From Chlorokybus atmophyticus (taxonomy: Eukaryota; Plantae; Mesostigma and Chlorokybus algae), in assembly GCA_009103225.1 (NCBI GenBank), contig RHPI01001292.1, positions 417,633 through 465,710 of the forward strand: 48,078 nt of DNA, read 5' to 3'. The notes under the pieces are model-generated. The model had not been told where the DNA came from and made no database searches. It saw nothing but the letters and a program-made list of their open reading frames with translations. Below are positions 1 through 11,761 of this stretch, in pieces; position 1 is the stretch's first letter; each line of letters starts with the position of its first letter. A program made the position numbers and the translations under genes.

Positions 1-1410
1 TGTAGCTGGGCGTACAACTTGTGTTCGCGCAAACGCTGCAACACGCGCCGTAGAAGTGCCACGTGCTCCTCCTTTGTTGTCGCGTACACCAAAATATCGT
101 CGAGGTACACGAGGACTCCCTTAACAATCAAGTCAGCAAAAACGCTGTTCATAAGCGTTTGAAATGTTGCCGGTGCGTTCGTAAGTCCGAAGGACAAGAC
201 CAACCACTCGTAGTGCCCATAACGTGTGTTAAAAGCTGTTTTCTCCACATCCTCGGGCGCGATGCGGATTTGATGATAACCTCCAGCAAGATCAAGTGTT
301 GTGAAGTACTGCGCACCTTGCAATTGCTCCAGCAACTCGTCGATACGTGGGAGTGGAAAGCAATTCCTCTTCGTGATGTTGTTGAGAGCTCGGTAGTCGA
401 CGCACATGCGCAAGCTCCCGTTCTTCTTTCGTACAAACAAAATAGGTGCACCATAGGGGGACTTACTAGGCCTGATGTAGCCTCTTTTCAGCAAGTCCGC
501 CACCTGCCTCTCGGCCTCTTCCAGTTCCAAAGGTGACAACTTGTATACGGGTCGATACGGTGGCTTGTGCACGCCCTCAATCAGCTCCACACGGTGGTCT
601 ACGCTCCGTGGAGGTGGTAGACCAGATGGAAGTCCGTCCACCATGATATCTTGGTATTCTTTAACAAGTTTACACACCTCGGGGTCCATAGTAGCCGTCT
701 GAACATCGTCACTCAGCTCCGGTGCTGACTTTGCAGTGTTTTCGCGCACCACGCACAACCATGCAGCCTTTGCCTTCCGTGGAGACAATAACTTCCTCAA
801 TTGCACATAAGAGATCTGGGCAATTGTCGTACCACCCAATTGTGCGTGCCGCGCCTCGATGACGTCCGATGCAGCTTGAATGGACTCTCCACCGTTTCGC
901 TCGATGGTGAACACGCGCTTCCTCCAATTTATGGCTGGATTATGTTGCCATAGCCACGGTAGTCCCAAAATCCCATCAAACCCGTTCCGTAGGGTGATGC
1001 AGCAAAATCGCATGCTCTCCTTCATCTTCCCAATGCGAACGCACAACTCTTTGGTCATAAACGCAGCGCCATCACCTCCAGAGGGTGGCTCTCCATCAGC
1101 GAGCTTCACTTCACCTCCACGTAATGACGAAAGCCAACCGTAACGCCGCGCGATATCAATACTCATGAAGTTGCTGTTGGCATCGCTATCAATCATAAGC
1201 TTACACTCTCTCCATCGTCCTTGGTCATCGCAAATGTGTGCTCGAAGCCCGAAGTACTTTGTTGTCTCCTCGTTTGCATAACTCACCACCATTGGCGCGT
1301 TCAAAGCCATCTCCTCTTGCTTCTTTAATGGAAATGTCACAGCATCCGTCCGTGCATGAGGCTCCTTCCTATCCCCAGCAGTAGCCTCCTCACCTACTGG
1401 GGGAAGTCGT
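1..1410 (-). CDS. pol: Ty3/Gypsy pol (protease + reverse transcriptase), truncated by the window edge
   Basis: Manual translation of the minus strand is open from ~1410 to 1: protease region KLMIDSDANSNFM (1196-1170), then RT motifs RPSKSPYGAPILFVRKKNGSLRMCVDYRALN, FGLTNAPATFQ and VLVYLDDILVY (~90-115). Protease-RT order and motifs are Gypsy type. The frame is -1 relative to gag and overlaps the gag end. Confidence 0.93.
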
Positions 1411-2422
1411 TTTCCTGCTCCACGCCATTTTGCTCCATGGTGTTGACGCGACGATCACGGCGAGGGTTGCCATCCGGTGTTGGCCTTTGCGTGCTTCGTT
1501 TGGGGCATCCGTACGCCAAATGCTCCGTCGACCCACACGCATTACACTTGCGCACACCTTTACCTCTTTCACCACGTCCGCCGTGCTTCGCCTCACTTCC
1601 ATGCGTGTGTATGGCACCCACCTCCATTGGTGCAGGCCCAGAGTCAGCTCCACCTCCATTGGCAAGTGCTGAACTTGGTTCTCCTCGTCTCCATGCATGT
1701 TGAAAGCCTCCCCGGGGCTGATCACCATGCCTTTGCCTCCAGTCAGTGTTTCTTGTGGTGGACTTGAAGTACAACGCGTCGAGACGCTCCGCGATGCGTA
1801 TAGCCTCCGCGAGTGTCTTCGGGTCCCGTAGCTCCACTTCTTTACGCCCCAAAGGTTTTAAACCACGTGTATACCTGTCCAACTGCTCCTCCTCGGTCAT
1901 ATTGGGTATGGACATCACCAATCGCTGAAACGCGGCCGTGTACGCCATCACCGACCCCATTTGCACAAGGGCTGCAAGTTTGTCGCGTGCGGCCTTCACG
2001 CTCTCAACGGGAACAAATTGATGCCTGACCTCCAGTGCCAACTCTTCCATGGTGGTCAATGGTAGCGCCAACCCGTTTGCAACACGCGTACATCGATGCC
2101 TCCACCACACAAGTGCTGCACCTTCAAGCAATGTCGCTGCAACCTCCACGTGCAGATGCGTGGGCACCTCCGTGAGCTTCAACCAAGACGATACTTGAAA
2201 AATCCATTCATCCACTGCATCTCCATCACGTTGACCCCTGAATGGCTTGGGCTTTGGCACCTTCACATGCACGCGCGAGCTTGATGCCATGGGAATTTGT
2301 ACACGCGCCATCGCATGCTCATACGCCTCGCGTTGTGCTTGTGCCGCCGCTTGAGTGTGATGAAGCTCTTCCCTCAGTGCCAAGATGGCAGCTTGAAGCT
2401 CTTCCATGCGAGCATCCTCCAT
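1394..2422 (-). CDS. gag: Ty3/Gypsy gag (capsid domain + CCHC zinc knuckle)
   Basis: ORF 1394..2473, first ATG at 2422. Capsid-like VPKPKPFRG...W...LLEGAALVWW, QMGSVMAYTAAF and PAPMEVG motifs; zinc knuckle CNACGSTEHLAYGC. Confidence 0.92.
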   Translation of the reverse strand: MEDARMEELQAAILALREELHHTQAAAQAQREAYEHAMARVQIPMASSSRVHVKVPKPKPFRGQRDGDAVDEWIFQVSSWLKLTEVPTHLHVEVAATLLEGAALVWWRHRCTRVANGLALPLTTMEELALEVRHQFVPVESVKAARDKLAALVQMGSVMAYTAAFQRLVMSIPNMTEEEQLDRYTRGLKPLGRKEVELRDPKTLAEAIRIAERLDALYFKSTTRNTDWRQRHGDQPRGGFQHAWRRGEPSSALANGGGADSGPAPMEVGAIHTHGSEAKHGGRGERGKGVRKCNACGSTEHLAYGCPKRSTQRPTPDGNPRRDRRVNTMEQNGVEQENDFPQ

Positions 2423-2502
2423 CTCCACTAACACACTACACTCCGCTTCCGAATGAAAAGTGTAAACGCCCACACACTTCCTCTCTCACCTTCGTAAACC
2501 GT

Positions 2503-2514
2503 GCTCCGATACCA
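2503..2514 (-). promoter_or_regulatory. Primer-binding site (initiator tRNA-Met type) of the Gypsy element
   Basis: Minus strand TGGTATCGGAGC, 2 nt after the LTR end ...CGTCACA; matches the common TGGTATCAGAGC PBS at 11/12. Confidence 0.85.
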
Positions 2515-2516
2515 GT

Positions 2517-2623
2517 TGTGACGGTGCTCGTGCCTTGTCACCTGTGAGTTGGTCCAATCCACAACCCTCTCACCAAGACACGGTATTCACACCGGAACCT
2601 TGCCCCCTCTGCCAAGCACACAC
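2517..2623 (-). mobile_element. Gypsy 5' LTR, partial (runs into N gap 2624-3142)
   Basis: Begins TGTGACG on the + strand immediately beside the PBS. Confidence 0.8.
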
Positions 2624-3142
2624 NNNNNNNNNNNNNNNNNNNNNNNNNNNNNNNNNNNNNNNNNNNNNNNNNNNNNNNNNNNNNNNNNNNNNNNNNNNNN
2701 NNNNNNNNNNNNNNNNNNNNNNNNNNNNNNNNNNNNNNNNNNNNNNNNNNNNNNNNNNNNNNNNNNNNNNNNNNNNNNNNNNNNNNNNNNNNNNNNNNNN
2801 NNNNNNNNNNNNNNNNNNNNNNNNNNNNNNNNNNNNNNNNNNNNNNNNNNNNNNNNNNNNNNNNNNNNNNNNNNNNNNNNNNNNNNNNNNNNNNNNNNNN
2901 NNNNNNNNNNNNNNNNNNNNNNNNNNNNNNNNNNNNNNNNNNNNNNNNNNNNNNNNNNNNNNNNNNNNNNNNNNNNNNNNNNNNNNNNNNNNNNNNNNNN
3001 NNNNNNNNNNNNNNNNNNNNNNNNNNNNNNNNNNNNNNNNNNNNNNNNNNNNNNNNNNNNNNNNNNNNNNNNNNNNNNNNNNNNNNNNNNNNNNNNNNNN
3101 NNNNNNNNNNNNNNNNNNNNNNNNNNNNNNNNNNNNNNNNNN

Positions 3143-3481
3143 AGCTCTTCCCTCAGTGCCAAGATGGCAGCTTGAAGCTCTTCCATGCGAGCATCCTCCA
3201 TCTCCACTAACACACTACACTCCGCTTCCGAATGAAAAGTGTAAACGCCCACACACTTCCTCTCTCACCTTCGTAAACCGTGCTCCGATACCAGTTGTGA
3301 CGGTGCTCGTGCCTTGCTACCTGTGAGCTGGTCCAATCAACAACCCTCTCACCAAGACACGGTATTCACACCAGAACCTTGCCCCCTCTGCCAAGCACAC
3401 ACACGCGCCCCGCCACTCACGTGCGCACGCGCATGCGCTCGAAGCTACACACCGACTTGTGTAGCGCCTTGGATCGTCACA
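3143..3481 (-). mobile_element. Second copy of the gag start + PBS (3282-3293) + candidate complete 186-bp LTR (3296-3481)
   Basis: 3143-3402 repeats 2364-2623. The LTR candidate has a perfect 7-bp terminal inverted repeat TGTGACG...CGTCACA. The right boundary cannot be confirmed without the 3' LTR. Confidence 0.6.
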
Positions 3482-5454
3482 CAAGCAAGCATACACCGGT
3501 GGGCACACGCTAGCAACCCTTGCTAACCACCACCAAGCTTGCACACAAGAAACTAGGGAGCTAAAGGTTGTATTGCAAATTGTAGAATGTCACTTTTATA
3601 CCTACCAGTCTGCACATGCTACTGTCTAGACGATTCTAGCGCTAGACGGACCTAGAAGCTAAGATATTCTTGCAGAATCTTGTAGTACACTTCTAGACCT
3701 TTTCAACGCACCAAAGATCTCCTAATTTGCTGCTCATATGGTCAAGTTATACTACTTGGCGCCAGGCCCTTCCAGAAATCTGGTCGAGCCCTTCTCGACT
3801 GGCCCTCCGTTTTCTGGCACCTTCCGGACTGGTCTTGGGGCCCCGGTCGATATCCGCGGCAGTCTCATAACTCGCCGATATCCGCCACAAGTCATTAAAA
3901 ACATGTACCTTACAAATAAGGCCTAAAACGGCCATGAAAATCACAGAATTTGGCCTTGACTGTTACAATGCTTATCTATTTGTACGCAGCAGGGATATCG
4001 ATAAGCGCTCGGCATGGCCTAAATGAACTAGGCCACCAATCCAATGGGGCCACACCAAGTAGGCAGCGCGTCGCGCCCATGGATTTTGCATCCTGGGCTT
4101 TAAAGCAATTGCACTCAACGACTGTGCCATGATTGTGTTTGTGTAAAAGCCTCGCGCCGAGCACGCGCGTTGATGAAACTTGCCTATCTGACAAAGTGCG
4201 TGGAAAAAATTTCAATTTGAATTTCACCGATTCCTATTCATCCCACGCCCACGAAGTCAACCCCAGCCATTCTTAAGGAAGTGTCCCCCCCAATCGTGCG
4301 ACGCGCTTTAAGGGAAACACTACTCACTTCAATGCAGCTCAAATGAAATAGCAAAAGCTATCTTCTGGCAAATGCAGTTGATTGCAAATATGTATATATG
4401 TACACTTACAAGGACAACTCCCCTTCAGAGCTTTGAATCAGTGCAAGATGGTTTGTAAACATTAAGCGCATGAACACAAGCTGCTACTTCTTCACAAGGA
4501 CTGCACACGGCTAACTATAGGTAAGCATGTCGCTGTCGGTCGTGGTTTTTGGGTGAGCCGCAGCACGACACAGCACCCACCCAGGCCCAGCGGCCAAGCG
4601 GAAGCCTAGAGGCCACCTCCTCACAGCCGCCAGCTGCAGGCGTGCAGCAGTACGAGGCAGGCAGCTGCTGCTGCGGTGTTGCACAACCGTGGAGGAAAGT
4701 CGGACTTGTGGTGGCAAACGCAGCACAAGCAGAAGCCAGCGGCCCGCCACTGCCGCTGCTGCTGCCGTTGCCGTCGTCATAGTCACAAGCTGCAGGCCAG
4801 CTCGCCACCCTCGCTGCCCTCGCCGCCGCCCCCACCACGCCACGCTATGGCACAAAACAGCACAACAAAGTCTCTACACTGCAAGCATGGGTACCATGAC
4901 TGCACGCATGGGAAGGGCGTGAACACGAGAACAACAGAAGTTTGCGCCAAGCTGCTGTAGCTGTTGCAAGCTACATTGTATGATAGTCGACGGCAGTCGC
5001 AAGCAGTAGCAAGCAACTGTAGCAGGCAGCAGCAGGCAAAGGCGACGTCGGTAGGGGGAGGGGGGGGGAGCTGCCCTCTCGCCCAGCATGCGCCACATGT
5101 GTACCCCTTGCTGTTCGCGGCTCTGCAGTGTCGGCGCTTTGCATGTTGTGCGAAGCTGTCCAAGGGCCCCCCTGCGCGTTGAGCTTGCACGCGGGAAGGG
5201 AGTGTGACAGCGCAGTACAGTGGGTGAACCACGAGTAGCTGCGGTTGTGTATGCGAGCACTTGCCATTACGAACCACATCCGCTTGTGCAGCACCAATGC
5301 GCTATTGGCGCATTTCAGCAGTTACAAGTACATGGCTACTCACAATACTCGAAACTACACAACATGTATCATCCGCTATACATAGATCGTGGATATCTAC
5401 AGCTACAACCAACACGTTAATATCGCGCATATCCTTTGAAGATGCGCAACAGCT

Positions 5455-8400
5455 TTACCGCTGCTGCTTTTGCTTGTGGTAATAACTGCAATGCATACAA
5501 ATACTTAGCAATGTTGGAAACAAACACGCCCAACCCCTCCCCACCCCGTCAATAGCAAATGCATGCAACTATTACTCACACAGTGACGGGTATGCCGTGC
5601 CTCGTTAGACACTTGCGCACGATGCGTTCGGTGGCGTACCAGTCCCCGATGCGCAGCATATGCACAGTGGCTGTCATAAGCACAACATCAGAGACGATCA
5701 CAAACCACATCACAGCCCCAATCACAATAATACACGCACCCTTTTTCTTGATTGCGGCGGCCGCCAGCCTCCGCAGCGCGGCCTTGAGTGCATCCGTCAG
5801 CACGTCGCTGCGCGGGTTACCGGCGTGCCTGCGATCGTACCGCTGCGCCACCGCCAAAGCAGCATACACCTCCACCTTACCTGCAATTGACACACAAACA
5901 CACACAAGATGAGGTGGGATGAACACGCAGTGTGGCTTCACACACACACACACACACACACACGTACACTATACTGTACGACAGTCGTTGTACCGTCTAT
6001 GGGTGTGGGGACGAGGTGTAGGTCCCCAACATGGAGATCCCCGGCGGTATGCGCGGACTCATAAGCGGCCTGCAGGCCCGCGAACGCGCGGTCCCACGCA
6101 GCAAACATGCCTCCTCGGCCCCACGCCCCCGAGTTGTCCACCACACTACCACCACAATGACCATCAACACGCACGCAGGCAGGCAAAAAACACACACACG
6201 TCCGCGCACCCATTCACCTGCACGCGCACGCGCTCAACACACCTAACAACAAATGCCGGGCCATCGGTGGAGTCCACAAACGGCTTTGTGGCATCCCCGA
6301 CAACGTAGTTGATGTCCACTTCCTCCTCTTCACCCCCTCTCTGCTCCTCCTCCTCCCCCTCTTCATTGGTGAGCGGCAACGCGCAGCTGCTGTAACCCAA
6401 CGCTTGCCACTTGGACGCAAGGCGCGCGCGCTGATCGGACTCCCTCTCCACATCCGTCATCTTGCGCTTCTTCGGCGGGGGTGAGTGCAAGTGATAGTCA
6501 TGGAGTTGGGCTCCTCGTCGAGTGACCAGCGTCGACACAACGTCACGCATGCCCCCCCTTTGTGTCGACACGTACTCCTCTATAGCCGCGCGGTCAATCG
6601 CATAATCCTTCCCCTCAGAGTATTGCACGCCGCCAACATGTGTTGGACGCTGTTGTTGTTGCAGTTGTTGTGGTTGTAATTGTTCTTCGCGTGGTTGTGC
6701 GTAGGGTGCAGCCAGTATAGTTGTGATGAAAGACGCTTTGCCCCGCATCGCCAACGCGCCCTTCACGCTCTCAAACATTGCCGCCGCGTCCTCGACTTGC
6801 GGTTTATACCCTTTCAGGTGTTTGTGTGCCGCATACTGCACCATGTGCTGCATCTCTTCCGTTGATAGCTCCGACACAGCATCGGCATTGTTACTAGCAA
6901 TAGCGGGGCCGAGGATGTTGGAGCCGATGTCGGCGAGTGCGAGTTTGCGTTGGGCACGCGCGAGGATGACCTCCTCGAGCGTGTGGGCCGCAATGATACG
7001 CAGAGCCAACACTGCTTTGGATTGGCCTAACCTGTGAGCACGCTGCAATGCATTTATGTCGGCGTGCGGGTTCCAATCACTCTCGTAGAACACCACCTGT
7101 CGCATGTGTGTGCGTGTGAGTTTGCACGCACATGCGCGCATGTGTGCGTGTGTGCGTGGGTATGCGAGCGCATGCATGCATCTGCATGTTTGTGCATGCA
7201 CGGGCATGCGTGCGCGTATGTGCACAAGTGCATGTGTACATGCGTGTGCGTGCGCGTCACATCGGCTGAGAGGGTGACATGACCACCCCACCCACAGAGA
7301 TGACGCAAACATATACAACACTTCATCTCCAACATACCGTGTCGGCGGCAGTAAGGTTGATGCCAGCAACACTGGCACGCGTGCTGAGCAGGTACACCAT
7401 AGGAGCAGGTTGGTCCGGCTTCTTGTGGTTGTGGTTGTCATTGTTGTTGTTGTTGTCATCCAACATATGGCACTCCTCTGCCCGTACGCTCCCGTCCAGG
7501 CGCTCATACGGCCACCCGCGCAGATGTAGATAGTCCTGCAGGATGTCGAGCGTGCGTGTCATCTGCGCGAAGAGCAGCACCTTGTGGCCTTCTGTAGGGT
7601 TGTTGTTGTTGTTGCTGTTGAAGAGGAGGGTGAGGAGGGAGTCCAGAACCAGGAGTTTCCCGGACACGCGAACCAAGTGCTCACCCAACTCAAACGGCTC
7701 AGGCTCGAAACCAGGGAACATGTACGGGTGGCTGCAAGCCTTGCGCAGCTGCATAAGCTGCGTGACGATAACCAGATGTTGTAAGAGCAAAACACACGCA
7801 CACGTATCAGCACGCTCGCGTGCACGCACAGATTGTTTTTATAGACACACACGTGCACACGTGCACACAAACACACAGAGAAAGACAGGAACATACAGCT
7901 ATACCGTGTTTTGCGACGTTGTTGCCTTGCCACCGTTTCTCATGATACTCGGAAGCTGCCTGAGCAGGATACTCCTATACACCTCAGCTTGCATCGGCAC
8001 CAACGGAGCATACCTAACAAGATAAACCACCGTCAAGCACAACAACACAATGTCGAGACCTATCAACGACACCATGAAACGATATGAACACAATTGCCAT
8101 ACAGTGTGACTTCAGCGAGTGGCGGGAGGATAAGCTGTCCCCCTCGCACGAGCTCATCTTTGCTTCGCCTCAGCACAAACGCTCCCAAACACTCTTTCAA
8201 CTCATCCGCATGCTGCTCGAACGCTTCCACGAACATCTCCTCATCATAGAATATGTTGGGATTCATGAAATGCAGCAGCGCAAAGAGGTCGCTCAGACTC
8301 CCGTTGTTGATGTTGTGTTGCGTGGTGGGCGTGGCGGTGATGAGCACGCGTCGCGGGATCATGTAGTCCAACATGAGGGTTGTATAGAGTCGACCCGAGG

Positions 8401-9617
8401 GGTTTTTGTGAAGGCGATGGGCCTCGTCGATGATGGCGCAGCGCCATCGGAAGCGAGAGAGGAATACTGCATCGTGCATCGCGAGCTCGTAGGAGGTCAT
8501 GAGGACATCGAAGGGAAGGACGGGGTCTTTCTGTTGGGATGTTGATGTGATGATGCGTGCGTGCGAGCGTGCGAGCTGTGCGAGCGTGTCAAGGAGTTAT
8601 ACCGGGTGGCCTTACCTGTTGCGATGTGGGTTGGGAGCGGATATGTTTGACCAGTGCCTCTCGTAGGCGGTATCGGTGCAGGCGATCCCCGACATACTTG
8701 AGTCGACGCACGTGCGGCGCCCACCTCATCAGCTCCCCCTCCCACACGTCCACCACAGAAACAGGACACACCACCACTGCACACACATACACGTGTATGA
8801 ATACACCCACACACCCCTCCCACCACACCCACACACCCACACCCACTCACAGAAGGGCCCCCGCTGCTGCTTCACAGGGTGTTCTCTGTCCGTCAAGGCA
8901 CTGTTGTTGGCACCACTGTCGTCGCGGTCGTCCACTTGAACGACATCGTCCTGTGTCTCGGACAGCATGTGCGCCATCATGGCCACCCCCAGCAGCGTCT
9001 TCCCGGTCCCCCCCTCGTCCGCGACCATGGGGTTGACTCCCGCGCGCAATCGATCCATCAGCCAGGCCAGTCCCTCGCGCTGGTGGGGCTTCAGGAGGGC
9101 CACCACGCCCCAGCCCCAGATGCGCCAGCCGGAGGAACCGAGAGGGGGGACTACGGAGCTGAGAGAGAGTGTGATGATGATGATGATGATGATGATGATG
9201 GTGATGAGAGACAACAACAACAGATTCACACTATCAAGAGTGCTGTTGGCGCAGCTGTTGAGAGCTTGCGTGAAGCATGCACGGGCACAGTCATTTTGGC
9301 GTGGACAACACAGCGATTGCAGAGAGTGTTGAGCGGACAGGAATGCTGCTCCGCTCGCAATGTGCCAAACGAACGACTGCACGGAAACCCAACGGCATGC
9401 ATTGCGGTCTTTGGTAACGACATTTTTCAAAAAACATAGCTACTATATGTCACTGAAACAACACCCAAACAGGCACAATACCCTTGATAAACCTAGCGTT
9501 ACCCTGTCTGTGTATGTAAGTTTGCCGCCCCATTGCTCACCTGCATCGCCTGGCGACGCGTCCCAGCCATTCCCTATACGCAGCGGGATCGTCCACAGGC
9601 TTCCTCAGCGCACCCAT
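5455..9617 (-). CDS. CHD1L: CHD1L/ALC1-like SNF2-family chromatin remodeler with C-terminal macrodomain (multi-exon)
   Basis: Spliced fragments give [12 protein letters not shown]...ADEGGTGKT (motif I), IIDEAH (II), ITATP (III), the CHD1L-typical [32 protein letters not shown] (VI), and macrodomain segments [22 protein letters not shown] and [19 protein letters not shown]. Probable ATG at 9617 (exon 1 ends 9541 and splices in phase). The last exon 5485-5455 encodes [10 protein letters not shown]. The start codon is less certain than the body. Confidence 0.9.
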
Positions 9618-11761
9618 CTCGCCACCCCCCGTCTCCTCGCCCTCTGCCGCCGCCGCCGCCGCCGCCGCAGGTAGGCGGCGGCATGCGCCACGTGGCGCCC
9701 AATGCATGCGCGAAAAGGTGCGGGGCATATTGCACTCGAAGTGTAAAGTTTCATGTGAAATGGCTGAGTAAGCTGTTTGCTCTGTGCTTGCGCCACGTGG
9801 CACGTTCATGTCATGAGGCGGAGGCGGAGGCGGGGGCGGAGGTAGTCGCATGCGTGGCCAATGCGGTTGGCTGGCAGCAAATACGTGCGCGGGAGAGACC
9901 AGCGCATGAGTGCTTGACCGACTCAAGTGTGAGGCGCGTGCATTTGATTGATTGTCACATGTGTCCATGGATGGCTGTGCGACGTACACCCACAGACGGG
10001 TGACAGCAAGCCATCACCAAGTCCATCTCCATCTCTGTGTTCTGCACCTGTTCGTGCTGCAGGAGTATGAGCCGGGATTACAGCATCTGCAATGGTGTGG
10101 ACGCTTGTTGTCAGAACTGCACGTCACGCGAACGTTGCGTTGCAGCATACAACGGCTGGTGTTTGGTCAAGGTGTCCAGTGCAGAGTTGGTTTTACCAGA
10201 GATGGGGCCTGCAAGGTGGGGAGCCCATTGCCTCTTATGCTTTACAACGCTTTACATGTCAGCTGTTTGCCTTCAAATTCACCTGCAAGCCCAAGTGCAC
10301 ATTCTATCACGGACTCGCTTTTTCTAGGGCATGAGTGCAGGCAGTTTGGCAAGTGTTTTCTTTGTGAAACAATGTAACTACGCATGGTTATTGCACAAAG
10401 CCAGGCTTGCAGTCGCGTTCAGACAGTGTGTGGGTGTACATGTGCGCAAGTGTGTGTGCGCTCGAGCGCATGTGCACGCATGCGCACGGGGATGTTTGCG
10501 ACTGCATGCCAGTAGCTGGTGTGCTTCACAGTCTATAAGATGACCAAGCGTGCACGCGCTGTTGTGATCTGCATCATGTTCGGTGCGGAGTACTGCATCA
10601 GTGAAGCATGTACAACAAAACAGGTATTTGAGTTAACAACCGTGGATCTCGAAGCGGACAACTCAGTTGGCATGACACCGTCTTGTGACTAACTGCTGGT
10701 GTGACTAGCGCCTCCTGACTGATAATGGCTGGTCGAGTTCGAAACCGCAATGCATTACATGGGAAGATACAAAGATCCGATAAGACTCTGGTGAGACCAC
10801 AGCAAACAATTGCCAATCTCAGCAATGTGGCGCTGTACAGGTGAGGCGCCGCTCTTGTTGTAGCATTCCCTCTTTGCCAAGTGTGTTGCTACTCCGGTTG
10901 TTGCCTAATGGTAACATAGCGGTATTTATAAGTAGTGTTGTTTGAGTCTAGGCAACAGGCAAGTTCATACCGCAACTCTGTCATGATTGTGTCTTTGCAT
11001 ATACGCGATGCACACTGCCTCACATAGCACCCACGCATTGCCCTTGTCACTTCTTCAGTTATTGCAGGCCATGTCTGTAGTGCAACCTTACCTGTGATGT
11101 GCATGTGTCACAGCATACTGGTTGAGAGCAGGTATCCAGTGCTGCCAACTCGATCACAAACTTGCCTGCATTCGAGTCTACTTGCAGAGCTGTTGCCAAT
11201 CAGACAGTCTTGTTGTTAACAAAGCGAAAAGCAACCGATGCAGCACACTCCAGGTTGGCAACAGTTGCAGACAGTGCATTGCGGCCTGCCACTTTGGCAA
11301 CATGCAGATAAGGCAATGCATGGGAGACAGGCAGGAGGGGCAACATCATGTACACAAGCAAGCACGTCATGTACACAAGAGGGTATTCAAGTTGGTTCAA
11401 ACGGTTACAAGGGGGAGTTTCCTACGCTACCACACACTCCCGACACGAACAAACCGCTACACAACTGCCGTGTCTACATCTTCTTCATACATATATGGCA
11501 GGATTGACATCCTCGAGTGTGGTGGGCCAAGTCTCCCCCTTGTGGGAACATGAACTCAACATGTGTACACGCGGCGGGGGAGCAGTGTGTATGTGTATGT
11601 GTGTGAGGCGCATCCGTGGCGCTCTCCCCGCCCAACAATAGGCTAACATAAACATGGAAGAATGAGGGTGTGACGTGGTCTCTTTCTGTCAATGAGAGCG
11701 GGCCTTGTTGTTTCATACTTCACACAGGCACGGATGGTCTTTCTCTCTCTGTGTGACAATC

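Noticed and set aside
63-536. 157-aa plus-strand ORF
   Set aside because: Antisense shadow of the Gypsy reverse transcriptase.
4500-5300. Cluster of overlapping Ala/Gln/Pro/Cys-rich ORFs
   Set aside because: Low-complexity GC-rich triplet sequence open in several frames; no recognisable domain or consistent splice model.
10037-10327. Cys-rich ORF faintly like a PAN/apple domain
   Set aside because: Short, an alternative frame is equally plausible, and no start exon or continuation could be supported.
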